Positions 22,962-31,360 of a stretch of 45,590 nucleotides of DNA are shown in pieces. This DNA is from a virus: the IMG/VR virus record IMGVR_UViG_3300031228_000012, positions 1-45,590 of that record. One strand, 5' to 3'. A program made the position numbers and the translations under genes. Each line of letters starts with the position of its first letter. Position 1 is the first letter of the stretch. Under the pieces are notes generated by a model. It did not search any database. It had not been told where the DNA came from and saw only the letters and a program-made list of their open reading frames with translations.

Positions 22962-23522
22962 GGTGCCCTCCTGGCGTTGTGTCTGTTCGGTGCTGAGTGG
23001 CACGTACGGACTCGAACCGTAGGGTCACTGTCATATCGGACCCGCTAACCTGCCGTGCCTCTACGCCCGCTGTGCACCACTGAGTGGCATCGCATGGCGT
23101 AGGGAATATCGTCACTAGGGCCGCACGGTGAAGTTTCAAGCCCTGGTCTCACGCTTAGGTTCGTCCAACCTTAGCTTCCGCGTGAGCCGCTACGTGTCTA
23201 GACGTAGCACCTTGTGTAGTTGTCAAGTTTCGAGATCTTCCGCCTCCCCTGTCCCGGTCTCCCGGGTGGTTCCGCTTCCGATGACACTGACTTTAGGGCA
23301 CACATCGTGCGTTCCGCAAGGACAAACCGGACACGTCACCCGTATGGCGTAGACCCCACACTGTTTCCCCAGCTCGGCTCTCAGCTCATGCAGTCAAACA
23401 TCCCCCACAAGGGTGATCTGGACCACGCTGTGTCCGGTGCTCGTAGAGCCGACAGTGTTCTAACAGTAGGGGAGTAAGAGAGGGAGCGATAGCGACCGAA
23501 CGCACGACCCTCCCAGTTCTCG

Positions 23523-23635
23523 CCGCGCCGTAGAGCGCGGCTAGGACCACGCCGTAGAGCGTGGTCATCCGTATACATCCCGAAGCCGTAAGAGCGAAGG
23601 GATGTTGGACGTTCGGCGCGCGGGGGGAGCGCGCC
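23523..23635 (+). other. Array of four GC-rich hairpins, three of which display CGTAGA / CGTAAGA in the loop
   Basis: H1 23523-40 ccgcgc-cgtaga-gcgcgg. H2 23545-66 gaccacgc-cgtaga-gcgtggtc. H3 23576-604 catccc..gccgtaagagcg..gggatg. H4 23615-35 ggcgcgc-gggggga-gcgcgcc. Confidence 0.6.
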
Positions 23636-23657
23636 TCACTACAGGGGGATAAGAGAC

Positions 23658-24092
23658 TTGCTTTGCGCATGGTTAGACGATGGCTCGCCGTGCGGCGAGA
23701 CCGCAGAAGAGCACATGAACATCCCGCTGTGTGGGGAGCACCGGCTAGTGCAGAAGAGTCGCGTAGCTGTCGCTCGCGGGAGTCTAGCTCGGCAAGCAGC
23801 CAACTACTACCCGCTAGATGAATTCCCCGGCTTCTGTTACTTCGCGCTCCTGCCCGACAGCTCGGTCAAGATCGGGTACTCAAACACAGAGACGCTCATG
23901 TCTAAGCGGTTCAAGGCACTCGGCCGTCAGCATGGCGGACCGGTCGTCAAGCTCGCTGTAGTTCCCGGCGGATTCGTAGCGGAAGCCGTCATGCACGATC
24001 GATTCGCTGAGAGTCGAATACCGGGCGATGGTGAGCGGTTCCGATACACCACTGACATTGCGTCATTCATCGCAGACAGCCAAGCACTCTAA
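23658..24092 (+). CDS. T5orf172 / GIY-YIG-like domain protein with N-terminal Cys/His finger
   Basis: TTG start after GGGGGATAAGAGAC. FCYFALLPDSSVKIGYSNTETLMSKRFKAL ... ERFRY. N-terminal C..C..H..C..H. Confidence 0.65.
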   Translation: MLCAWLDDGSPCGETAEEHMNIPLCGEHRLVQKSRVAVARGSLARQAANYYPLDEFPGFCYFALLPDSSVKIGYSNTETLMSKRFKALGRQHGGPVVKLAVVPGGFVAEAVMHDRFAESRIPGDGERFRYTTDIASFIADSQAL

Positions 24093-24388
24093 TGCCGTGG
24101 TCTACGTCCAACCGACGACAGTCACTGCCGTCCAACTGGACGGCGATACGTATCGATGTACTTCGAGATGCCGGGTACCGATGCGAGATACGAGGACCGT
24201 TGTGCTCGGTTCACGCCACTGACGTTGACCACATCCGCCCAGGCAACGACCACCGACGCAGCAACTTGCGTGCCGCATGCTCCCCCTGCCACGGGCGTAA
24301 GTCGGCTGCTGAGGGACACGCACGCAGAGCCGAGCTTCGGGCACGTCGGCATCGGCCGGCAGACAGACACCCTGGTTCGCTTAGCTAG
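24092..24388 (+). CDS. HNH endonuclease
   Basis: CEIRGPLC...VDHIRP...NLRAACSPCH. The position next to the terminase genes is typical of cos phages. Confidence 0.9.
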   Translation: MPWSTSNRRQSLPSNWTAIRIDVLRDAGYRCEIRGPLCSVHATDVDHIRPGNDHRRSNLRAACSPCHGRKSAAEGHARRAELRARRHRPADRHPGSLS

Positions 24389-24699
24389 GTGTGTGCAGGT
24401 ATCGGCTGGCTTAGGCGCAGGGGTATCCGCACCGCTGTCTGTGCAGGTGGGCACGGGTGTGCGCTGCTAGCTGCGTGTGCTGGGCTGCTGCTCCCCTGCA
24501 CCGGGCACCCTCGCTGACCTGCGGGTACGGGCGTGCTGGGTGTGCACTGTGGACACGGGTACCCCCTACCCCAGGGGGGTATGCCCCCGCCCGCCCGCGC
24601 AGGATCGCCGTGTAATGCGGCTCCCTGGCTCGATGCGTCGCATGCTCCCTCTGTTAGGGGGGTATGCACGAACACTTCAACACCCCGGAAGGAGGGGCT
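24389..24699. other. Non-coding, repeat-rich region between HNH and TerS, the putative cos / packaging recognition region
   Basis: No ORF. Repeated GTGTGC (x4), GTGCAGGT (x2), GGGTAT(C/G)C (x3). Imperfect inverted repeat TACCCCCT-ACCCC-AGGGGGGTA. Confidence 0.4.
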
Positions 24700-25098
24700 G
24701 TGACAGACGCCAAACCGTCTGCGCCAAGAGCCCCCCGGGGGCTCAAATCCGCAGGCCGGAACCTATGGAAAGACATCACCGGGATGTGGGATCTACGCCC
24801 GGACGAGCTTCGCATCCTCGGGGACGCGTGCCGCGAAGCGGACCTCATCGAACGGCTCGAAAAGGGCCTTGAAGAGGCCCCGTTGACCGCGTTTGGGTCT
24901 CAAGGGCAGGAAGTTATCCACCCGTTGTTCTCCGAAGTGCGCCAACACCGCTCTACGCTGGCCGCTCTACTGCGACAGCTCAAGCTCACGGAAGCCGACG
25001 AGGACGTTGACGCCGGGTCCGGTCCCATGAGCCGTCAGGAGAGCGCTACGAAGGCCGCCAAGGCTCGCTGGGGCGCCACTAAGAAGCAGGCGACCTGA
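24700..25098 (+). CDS. terS: Terminase small subunit (P27-family-like)
   Basis: GTG start after GGAAGGAGGGGCT. GRNLWKDITGMWDLRPDELRILGDACREADLIERL. Position between HNH/cos and TerL. Confidence 0.8.
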   Translation: MTDAKPSAPRAPRGLKSAGRNLWKDITGMWDLRPDELRILGDACREADLIERLEKGLEEAPLTAFGSQGQEVIHPLFSEVRQHRSTLAALLRQLKLTEADEDVDAGSGPMSRQESATKAAKARWGATKKQAT

Positions 25099-25352
25099 TG
25101 GCCCGCTCGAAGCGCACTCTGCGGGTCGCTCTGACCCCTGCTGCGCTGGCCCAGATCCTCCCTGCGCGGTTCTGGGAGCCTGAGCTGTCCGATGACCTGC
25201 TGGGCAGTCTCCGGGTCTACCTGGACGATCTCACCGCTTGGGTGGTCGAGCAGGGAATCACGGCCAACCCCCGGGCAATGGCCCTTCAGATCATGTCCGA
25301 GCTCGGAACGTCTCCGGCTGAGTGGTACCGACGAGCAATGGAGACACCATGA
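25098..25352 (+). CDS. Hypothetical protein (84 aa)
   Basis: Track ORF. TGATG overlap with terS. Confidence 0.6.
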   Translation: MARSKRTLRVALTPAALAQILPARFWEPELSDDLLGSLRVYLDDLTAWVVEQGITANPRAMALQIMSELGTSPAEWYRRAMETP

Positions 25353-25507
25353 GGTTCACGCTGAGGCTGTTCGGGTTCGAGATCGTGAGCCTGGACGTCG
25401 AGGAGCTGGTCGACGCAGTAGTCGAGCTGGACTCGGACACCGAGATAGATGACGATAACGAAGATGAAAGCCTGCCGTACGGGTTCGCTCCTCCCGTAAC
25501 GGCGTAA
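25349..25507 (+). CDS. Small acidic hypothetical protein (52 aa)
   Basis: Internal ATG in an ATGA overlap with the upstream ORF. Confidence 0.45.
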   Translation: MRFTLRLFGFEIVSLDVEELVDAVVELDSDTEIDDDNEDESLPYGFAPPVTA

Positions 25508-25837
25508 GACCGGCGGCTCACCCCTTCCTAAGCCTCTCCACGATGCTCAAATGGGAAGGGCGGGGCCGCCCTTGGTTCGGGGTTGAGCGCGGGTGTTTCC
25601 TCCTCCTTTACGCCTGCGCTCCCCCGCCAAACTTCCCGGCCGTAAAACGAGCCGTCCCGAGACAGGGTCGGTCGGCCGGTTCACCGGTTCCGTGGTCGCC
25701 TCTGCTCTAGATCTGCACCGATCGCAAGGAGCAAGCCACCACGGATAGCGCCCTGGCCCATTTTCGAGGCGTGATTGCCGTCCCTAACCCGAGACGGCGA
25801 AATCGGGGCACCCCGCTCGGTGCAAGAGCGGGTTCTT

Positions 25838-25911
25838 GGCTGCGTAGCTCAGACGGTTAGAGCGCCACCTTGTCACGGTGGAGGTCGCCAGTTCGATTCT
25901 GGTCGTGGTCG
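25838..25911 (+). tRNA. tRNA-Asp: tRNA-Asp (GTC)
   Basis: Manual cloverleaf: acceptor GGCTGCG/CGTGGTC (3 G-U pairs), D stem GCTC/GAGC, anticodon stem CCACC/GGTGG with loop TTGTCAC, T arm GCCAG-TTCGATT-CTGGT. No encoded CCA. Confidence 0.75.
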
Positions 25912-25943
25912 CTGAAGGGAGGGGCAACCCTCCCCCACCCCAT

Positions 25944-26018
25944 TCCTTGGTAGCTCAATGGCAGAGCACCCGCCTGTTAAGCGGGTGGTTGGAGGTTCGA
26001 GCCCTCCCCGGGGAGCCA
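25944..26018 (+). tRNA. tRNA-Asn: tRNA-Asn (GTT), CCA encoded
   Basis: Acceptor TCCTTGG/CCGGGGA, D stem GCTC/GAGC, anticodon stem CCCGC/GCGGG with loop CTGTTAA, T arm GGAGG-TTCGAGC-CCTCC, then G-CCA. Confidence 0.85.
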
Positions 26019-26019
26019 T

Positions 26020-26093
26020 TCGGGAGCACACAGGCGCAGTCCAACGGTCTCCAAAACCGTTCGGCGAGGGTTCAAGTCCCTCCTCCCGGGCCA
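26020..26093 (+). tRNA. tRNA-Trp: tRNA-Trp (CCA) with aberrant D-arm, CCA encoded
   Basis: Acceptor TCGGGAG/CTCCCGG, anticodon stem ACGGT/ACCGT with loop CTCCAAA, T arm GAGGG-TTCAAGT-CCCTC. The 17 nt between acceptor and anticodon stem (CACACAGGCGCAGTCCA) gave me no canonical D stem. Confidence 0.55.
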
Positions 26094-26174
26094 TTTCCGC
26101 AGGTCAGATGGCCTGTGTTTGTCCACTTTAGAATCGCGAAAGGCTGCGTGCCTTTTCAACAGGGGGTCTACGCC

Positions 26175-26666
26175 ATGCCGTTCGCCGATCCGCGTGTCTC
26201 CGTGACCCAGACCGATGGGTACAACTGGCGGCTGGACCGACAGGTCTGGTTCTCCGACCACGGCGCGGTCTTCATCGTCCCGAAGGGCTACGTGACCGAC
26301 TTCGCGACGGTGCCCCAGTTCATCTGGTGGCTGATTCCGACCTACGGCAACTACACGGCCGCCACGGTGCTGCACGACTGGCTGATCACCTACGCCTTGC
26401 CGAACCGAAGGGTCTCGTCCCGCCGAGTAGACCGGGTTTTCCGCGAGGCCATGCAGTCTCTAGGCGTCAGCGCCCCTAGGCGCTGGCTGATGTGGGCGGG
26501 GGTGCGCTGGGGCGCACTGGGCAACAAGAGGCGGCGAGCGGGCTCGCTGGGCACCTTCCCGGGCGTCCTGCTGCTGAGCCTGCTAGCGCTCCCGTTCGTT
26601 CTCCCGGCGCTCGCAGTGCTGCCGTCCCTATTCCTGTTCAACCTGCTCGAACGCCTGACGAGGTAG
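26175..26666 (+). CDS. DUF1353-like protein with C-terminal transmembrane segments
   Basis: ATG after AGGGGG. YVTDFATVPQFIWW, TVLHDWL. C-terminal FPGVLLLSLLALPFVLPALAVLPSLFLFNLL. The upstream part of track ORF 25878.. overlaps the tRNAs and is rejected. Confidence 0.7.
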   Translation: MPFADPRVSVTQTDGYNWRLDRQVWFSDHGAVFIVPKGYVTDFATVPQFIWWLIPTYGNYTAATVLHDWLITYALPNRRVSSRRVDRVFREAMQSLGVSAPRRWLMWAGVRWGALGNKRRRAGSLGTFPGVLLLSLLALPFVLPALAVLPSLFLFNLLERLTR

Positions 26667-26692
26667 GAGTCCAATACTGGAGGTGACCGAGG

Positions 26693-28393
26693 GTGCTGAG
26701 CACAGTTGTTCCGCCCTCGGACCTAATCCCCGCCCCGCCGCACATCACCGGGCCGACCTGGCGCCGGCACGCTGACGGCCGGTTCTGGCTCCCCGAGAAG
26801 ACCCTCGGCTGGGCACTTCTCAACTGGATGGTGCTATACCTCCGCGACCCGGAGGACACCGAGCGGCCGTTCCTGCCGACCCAAGAGCAGGCCCGGTTCA
26901 TCCTCTGGTGGTACGCGGTCGATCACCGAGGCAAGTACGCCTACCGCAACGGCGTTCTGCGCCGCCTCAAGGGCTGGGGGAAAGACCCACTGCTCGCGGC
27001 CATGTCACTGGCCGAGCTGTGTGGCCCGGTGCACTTCAGTCACTTCGACAAAGAAGGTAACCCGGTCGGCAAGCTCCGCACCTCGGCGTGGATTCAGATC
27101 GCCGCCGTCTCGCAGGACCAGACCCGTAACACGTTCACGCTCTTTCCCGCCCTGATCTCGGAGCCGCTTAAGGCCGAGCACGGGCTGGAGATTAACAAGA
27201 CCATCATCTACTCCCGCGTCGGCGGGATGATCGAAGCGGTCACCAGCTCTCCGCTAGCCCTTGAAGGTAAACGCCCGACGTTCGTGGTGCTGAACGAGAT
27301 CCAGTGGTGGATCGAGGCCAACAGCGGCCACGCTATGTACGGGGTCGTCAAGGGCAACGTGACCAAAAAGGCAGGTTCGGGCTCGCGGGCGTTGGCCATC
27401 TGCAACGCGCACCGCCCCGGCGAGGAGTCGGTCGGCGAACAGCTCTGGGACACGTTCCAAGACGTTGAGGGTGGAGCGGCAATCAACGTCGGCCTGCTCT
27501 ACGACGCCGTGGAGGCGCCGGCAGACACACCGGTATCGGAGATACCTAACCCCGATCTCGACCCCGAGGGGTTCAAGGCTGGTCTCCAGAAGCTGAGCGA
27601 GGGCCTGGAGATCGCCCGGGGAGACGCGCTATGGCTCGAAATCGAGCCAATGATCGCTGAAATCCTGAACACCCAGAGCCTCATCTCTGAGTCCCGTCGC
27701 ATGTACCTGAACCAGATCAACGCGACCGAGGACTCCTGGATCGCCCCGTACGAGTGGGCGAGTGTTCAATCCAAGGAGCCGATCGAGCTTCAGCCGAAGG
27801 ACCAGATCACTCTGGCGTTCGACGGCTCCAAGTCCGGCGACTGGGCCGCCCTGGTGGCCTGCCGCGTCGAAGACGCTGCGGTGTTCCTCATCAAGGCGTG
27901 GGACCCGGAGAAGTATGACGGGAACATCCCGCGCACGGACGTGGACGCGACGGTCGACTGGGCTTTCTCGCGCTTCAACGTCATCGGCTTCCGAGCCGAC
28001 GTCAGGATGTTCGAGTCCCACGTTGACGCCTGGACCCAGCGGTACCGCAAGAAGCTGAAGATGTATGCGGTACCCGGTAAGCCGATCGCGTTCGACATGC
28101 GAGGCAAGGACAGCTCGACCGTCCGGAAGACGTTCGCCAAGGACTGCGAGCGGTTCTTAGACGCGGTGCTTGAGCACGAGCTGACCCACGACGGGAACAA
28201 GCTCCTGGCAGCCCACATCGGCAACGCCAAGCGGCACCCGACGAACTACGACGCGATCTCCATCCGCAAGGCGAGCAAAGACAGCTCGCGCAAGATCGAT
28301 GCTGCCGTCTGTGCCGTCATGGCCTTCGGCTTGAGGCAGGAATACATGAGCAGCAAGAACTATCGGACTGGAAAGGTGGCGATTCTCCGATGA
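26693..28393 (+). CDS. terL: Terminase large subunit
   Basis: 566 aa. ATPase region LRRLKGWGKD. Nuclease region FDGSKSGDWAALV and KIDAAVCAVMAF. GTG start after GGAGGTGA. Confidence 0.93.
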   Translation: MLSTVVPPSDLIPAPPHITGPTWRRHADGRFWLPEKTLGWALLNWMVLYLRDPEDTERPFLPTQEQARFILWWYAVDHRGKYAYRNGVLRRLKGWGKDPLLAAMSLAELCGPVHFSHFDKEGNPVGKLRTSAWIQIAAVSQDQTRNTFTLFPALISEPLKAEHGLEINKTIIYSRVGGMIEAVTSSPLALEGKRPTFVVLNEIQWWIEANSGHAMYGVVKGNVTKKAGSGSRALAICNAHRPGEESVGEQLWDTFQDVEGGAAINVGLLYDAVEAPADTPVSEIPNPDLDPEGFKAGLQKLSEGLEIARGDALWLEIEPMIAEILNTQSLISESRRMYLNQINATEDSWIAPYEWASVQSKEPIELQPKDQITLAFDGSKSGDWAALVACRVEDAAVFLIKAWDPEKYDGNIPRTDVDATVDWAFSRFNVIGFRADVRMFESHVDAWTQRYRKKLKMYAVPGKPIAFDMRGKDSSTVRKTFAKDCERFLDAVLEHELTHDGNKLLAAHIGNAKRHPTNYDAISIRKASKDSSRKIDAAVCAVMAFGLRQEYMSSKNYRTGKVAILR

Positions 28394-29751
28394 CGGACTA
28401 CACGGCAATGGCGGATCGTCTCATCAGCCAGCTCCAGGGCAACCAGTCCGCGCTGGACGAAAACCTCGCGTACTACGACGCCGAGTACCGCGTCAAGGCG
28501 GTCGGCATCTCGGTGCCCGAGGAGATGCGCGTCCTTCTAGCGCACAACGACTGGGCGAGGGTCTACCTCGACGGCATCGACAACCGTCTCGACGTCGAGG
28601 GCTTCCGCATGGCGGGGTCGGCCAAAGCCGACTCCCGTCTCCGGGACTGGTGGCAGGCGAACGACCTCGACAACGAGGCGCCCCTCGGTCACCTAGAGTC
28701 GATGATGCACGGCCGGGCGTTCATTACGATCGCCGCGCCGGACAAGACCGACCCGCTGATGGACCCGGACTCCCCGCTGATCCGGCTGGAGAGCCCGAAG
28801 AGCCTGTGGGTCAACGAGGACCCCGTCACGCGCAGACCGTATGAAGGCATCCGCCTCTACGGCACGGATGAGGCCACCCTGTTGCTGCCGAACGAGACTG
28901 TTCTGATCAAGCGCAGCAGCGCCAACGGCCCGTGGGAGCCGGTGAGTGCCCCCATCAAGCACAACCTCGGTGTGCTGCCCGTCGTCCCGCTGTACAACCG
29001 CCAGAAGCTGAGCCATCGCAACGGAAGGTCAGAGCTGACCCCCGGGATGCGTAGCTCGATCGACACGGCCTCCCGGCTGATGATGAACCTTGGCGCCACC
29101 GCCGAGCTGATGGCTGTCCCACAGCGGCTGCTGTTCGGCATTGCTGCCGACGCACTCGCGGCGGGCGAGGGTGACTCTGCCGCCACGCTGGAGGCATACA
29201 CGGCTCGGATCATGGCCTTCGAGGACAAGGACGCTCACGCGTTCCAGTGGGCGGCTGCCGAGCTGCGTAACTTCGTGGACGGTGTCCAAGAGGTTACCCG
29301 GCAAATGGCGTCGTTCACGGGCCTGCCCCCGGACTACTTCTCCATCAGCAAGGACAACCCGGCTTCGGCGGACGCCATTCGGGCGGCCGAGAACCGACTC
29401 GTCAGGCTCGCTGAGCGCAAGGCACGGGTCTTCGGCTCCGCGTGGGAGCAGGCGATGAGAATCGCCATGCTCGTCATGGACCGGGAGATACCGAAGGAAG
29501 CGTTCCGCATGGAGGCCATCTGGCGCGACCCGTCGACCCCGACGTTCGCCGCTAAGGCCGACGCAGTGGTCAAGCTCGCCGCAGCCAAGACGGCTGACGG
29601 CCAGCCGATCATCTCGTCCGAGCGTGCTCGGATCGACCTGGGTTACGGCACCGAGGAGCGTGACGAGATCCGCAAGGACCTCGACAGCACCCCCCGCTCC
29701 CAGCTCGCCGGGCTCTATGCGACCCCGGACGCTGCGGGTGAGGCCGCGTAA
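28390..29751 (+). CDS. Portal protein
   Basis: 453 aa, immediately after TerL with a 4-nt overlap. The N-terminal LDENLAYYDAEYR region is typical of actinophage portals. Confidence 0.9.
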   Translation: MTDYTAMADRLISQLQGNQSALDENLAYYDAEYRVKAVGISVPEEMRVLLAHNDWARVYLDGIDNRLDVEGFRMAGSAKADSRLRDWWQANDLDNEAPLGHLESMMHGRAFITIAAPDKTDPLMDPDSPLIRLESPKSLWVNEDPVTRRPYEGIRLYGTDEATLLLPNETVLIKRSSANGPWEPVSAPIKHNLGVLPVVPLYNRQKLSHRNGRSELTPGMRSSIDTASRLMMNLGATAELMAVPQRLLFGIAADALAAGEGDSAATLEAYTARIMAFEDKDAHAFQWAAAELRNFVDGVQEVTRQMASFTGLPPDYFSISKDNPASADAIRAAENRLVRLAERKARVFGSAWEQAMRIAMLVMDREIPKEAFRMEAIWRDPSTPTFAAKADAVVKLAAAKTADGQPIISSERARIDLGYGTEERDEIRKDLDSTPRSQLAGLYATPDAAGEAA

Positions 29752-30671
29752 TGGAGTTCGAGAAGGCTAGTGCCAAACAGCAAGCCCTGGTGGCCGCTGC
29801 GGTCAAGTTCATCCTCGAACTCCTGTCCCCGTTCTCGGGGGGTCTCACCAAAGCAGGGTGGGGCATCTTGATGCGGTCGGCATATCCCGAGGTGGAGCGC
29901 AGACGGCGGGAGTCCGCCGAGCTTGGCCGTGCGTTTCTAGACGCACAGCGAGAGAAACACCTCGGCACCAAGGCCCCCGTGTACCTGGCGAACTACAAGT
30001 TCGAATGGTTCGCGAAGGCCATGGAGCCGGCACGGGAGGTCTTCCAGGACCCCGACCACTCAAGCGAAGACGCGGCTGCCCAGGCGGCGCTGCTCGTCGC
30101 GAAAGAGGTCGAGAACGGATGGCGGCGCACTGTTATCCGCGCCATCCAGGAAGACCCAGCCAACACAGGCTCAGACGAAAGCCCCAGGAGGGCGTCCGTT
30201 GGGTGGGCCAGAGTGGCTACCGGCCGAGAGACATGCGGGTTCTGCCTGGCGCTCATCTCACGAGGCCCCGATTACCAGTCCGCCGAAACGGCGGGCTTCC
30301 AGGGGTCAGACGAGGAAGCAGCCCGGCTGGCACGGCGCATTGACCGAGGCAGCGGCGAGGATGCACAGCTCGCCTCCGAGGCCATGGCCCGGCGCATGAA
30401 GCAGTGGCACGCTGGGTGCGATTGCCGAGTCGTCCCGGTCTACGACGAGGACAACTGGGTCGGTATGCAAGAGGCCGAAAAGGCTTTGCAGATCTGGAAC
30501 AAGTACACGCGGCTGGTCGAGAACAACACCGAACTGCAAGACCCGCAGAACGGAAACCAGCACGCCAAGGGCGAGCGCGAGTGGTCCAAGAATGAGGCCA
30601 TCATGAACGCGATTCGCAAGGCCCTGGAGAACGGCGATATCGATATGCGATCCCTCGCCGCAGCGGCCTAA
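29751..30671 (+). CDS. MuF-like minor capsid / head morphogenesis protein
   Basis: Position after the portal gene. GRETCGFCLALISRG...WHAGCDCRVVPV Cys/His cluster. Confidence 0.7.
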   Translation: MEFEKASAKQQALVAAAVKFILELLSPFSGGLTKAGWGILMRSAYPEVERRRRESAELGRAFLDAQREKHLGTKAPVYLANYKFEWFAKAMEPAREVFQDPDHSSEDAAAQAALLVAKEVENGWRRTVIRAIQEDPANTGSDESPRRASVGWARVATGRETCGFCLALISRGPDYQSAETAGFQGSDEEAARLARRIDRGSGEDAQLASEAMARRMKQWHAGCDCRVVPVYDEDNWVGMQEAEKALQIWNKYTRLVENNTELQDPQNGNQHAKGEREWSKNEAIMNAIRKALENGDIDMRSLAAAA

Positions 30672-30691
30672 TCCCCTTTTCTCTAACCACC

Positions 30692-30716
30692 AGACACCCC
30701 AGGCGGGTGTCTTTTT
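30692..30716 (+). terminator. Intrinsic terminator-like hairpin inside the late operon
   Basis: agacaccc-caggc-gggtgtct followed by TTTTT. Confidence 0.6.
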
Positions 30717-30734
30717 CACGCCCAGGAGGCAGCT

Positions 30735-31289
30735 ATGTCCGAGACGACCACGCAGACCGAGGACGGCCAGGAGGCCACCGAGGTCGAGCAGACCGAACAG
30801 ACCACCACCGAGACGCCCGCAGCGGAGTCGACGGAGGCGGCGCAGGAGTCCAAGACGGACGACCTGCCGGACTGGGCGCGCAAGCAGCTAACCAAGGCCA
30901 ACAACGAGGCGGCAAAGTACCGCACTCGGGTCACGGAGCTGAACGACAAGCTCAAGGGCCTGGAGGATTCCTCCGGGAAGGTCGAGGACCTGTCGAAGCA
31001 GGTCACGGACACATCTGCTGAGGCGGACACGGCGAAGCTGGCGCTACTGAAGCTCCAGATCGCTCTCTCCGTCGAGGGTGTCGAGGCGAAGAACGCCTCC
31101 GATTTCGCAGAACTGCTCCAGGGCTCGACCGAGGAAGACCTCAAGGCCCACGCGGAGAAGGTAAAGAAGCTCTTCGGAGCTTCGCGGTCACCCGCTGTCG
31201 ACCCGTCCCTGGGTCGTGGTGGCGACGTCAAGCCGAACCCCGGCACCGGACAGAACCGCCTGGCTTTCGCCTACAGCAAAAAGACGTGA
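30735..31289 (+). CDS. Scaffolding protein
   Basis: Acidic, T/E/Q-rich N-terminus, coiled-coil centre, position directly upstream of the capsid gene. Confidence 0.8.
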   Translation: MSETTTQTEDGQEATEVEQTEQTTTETPAAESTEAAQESKTDDLPDWARKQLTKANNEAAKYRTRVTELNDKLKGLEDSSGKVEDLSKQVTDTSAEADTAKLALLKLQIALSVEGVEAKNASDFAELLQGSTEEDLKAHAEKVKKLFGASRSPAVDPSLGRGGDVKPNPGTGQNRLAFAYSKKT

Positions 31290-31360
31290 CCCGCTTTTAG
31301 ACCGAGCACCTGACGGGCTAAAGCAACTGTCCAGTTAAATCCAATTAGGAGAGAATACAC

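Noticed and set aside
22985-23095. tRNA gene on the - strand (perfect T-arm TACGG-TTCGAGT-CCGTA at 23005-23021 plus acceptor-like 3' strand)
   Set aside because: I could not build D or anticodon arms. Only about 32 nt separate the best 5' acceptor match from the T stem, and the only nearby stem has a 12-nt loop. I kept it as a tRNA-like fragment inside the control-region finding.
23221-23226. Leftward sigma-70-type promoter using TTGACA (- strand), reminiscent of the L5 operator/-35 overlap (TGTCAAG)
   Set aside because: No acceptable -10 hexamer lies at a 16-19 nt spacing (GTCTAG, TCTAGA, CTAGAC). The best candidate, TAGACA, sits at 20 nt and lacks the terminal T.
23523-23604. CRISPR-like mini-array (repeated GCCGTAGAGCG)
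   Set aside because: There are only three or four short copies with irregular 24-86 bp spacing. The repeats are hairpin loops rather than 28-37 bp direct repeats, and there are no cas genes.
25600-25612. - strand gene start suggested by CGTAAAGGAGGAGG, the same RBS motif used in the leftward arm
   Set aside because: No ATG, GTG or TTG lies within 20 nt downstream on the - strand, and the antisense ORF 25291..25521 is Ser-rich nonsense. It is recorded only as a motif copy in the insertion-zone finding.
25878-26174. N-terminal 99 codons of track ORF 25878..26666
   Set aside because: This part is translated straight through the three tRNA genes. The real gene starts at ATG 26175, behind an AGGGGG RBS.
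29751-31289. Missing capsid maturation protease or a polymorphic toxin domain on the MuF-like protein
   Set aside because: Portal, MuF-like, scaffold, capsid without a protease is a known arrangement. The C-terminus of 29751..30671 shows no toxin-like motif that I can recognise. I found nothing anomalous enough to report.
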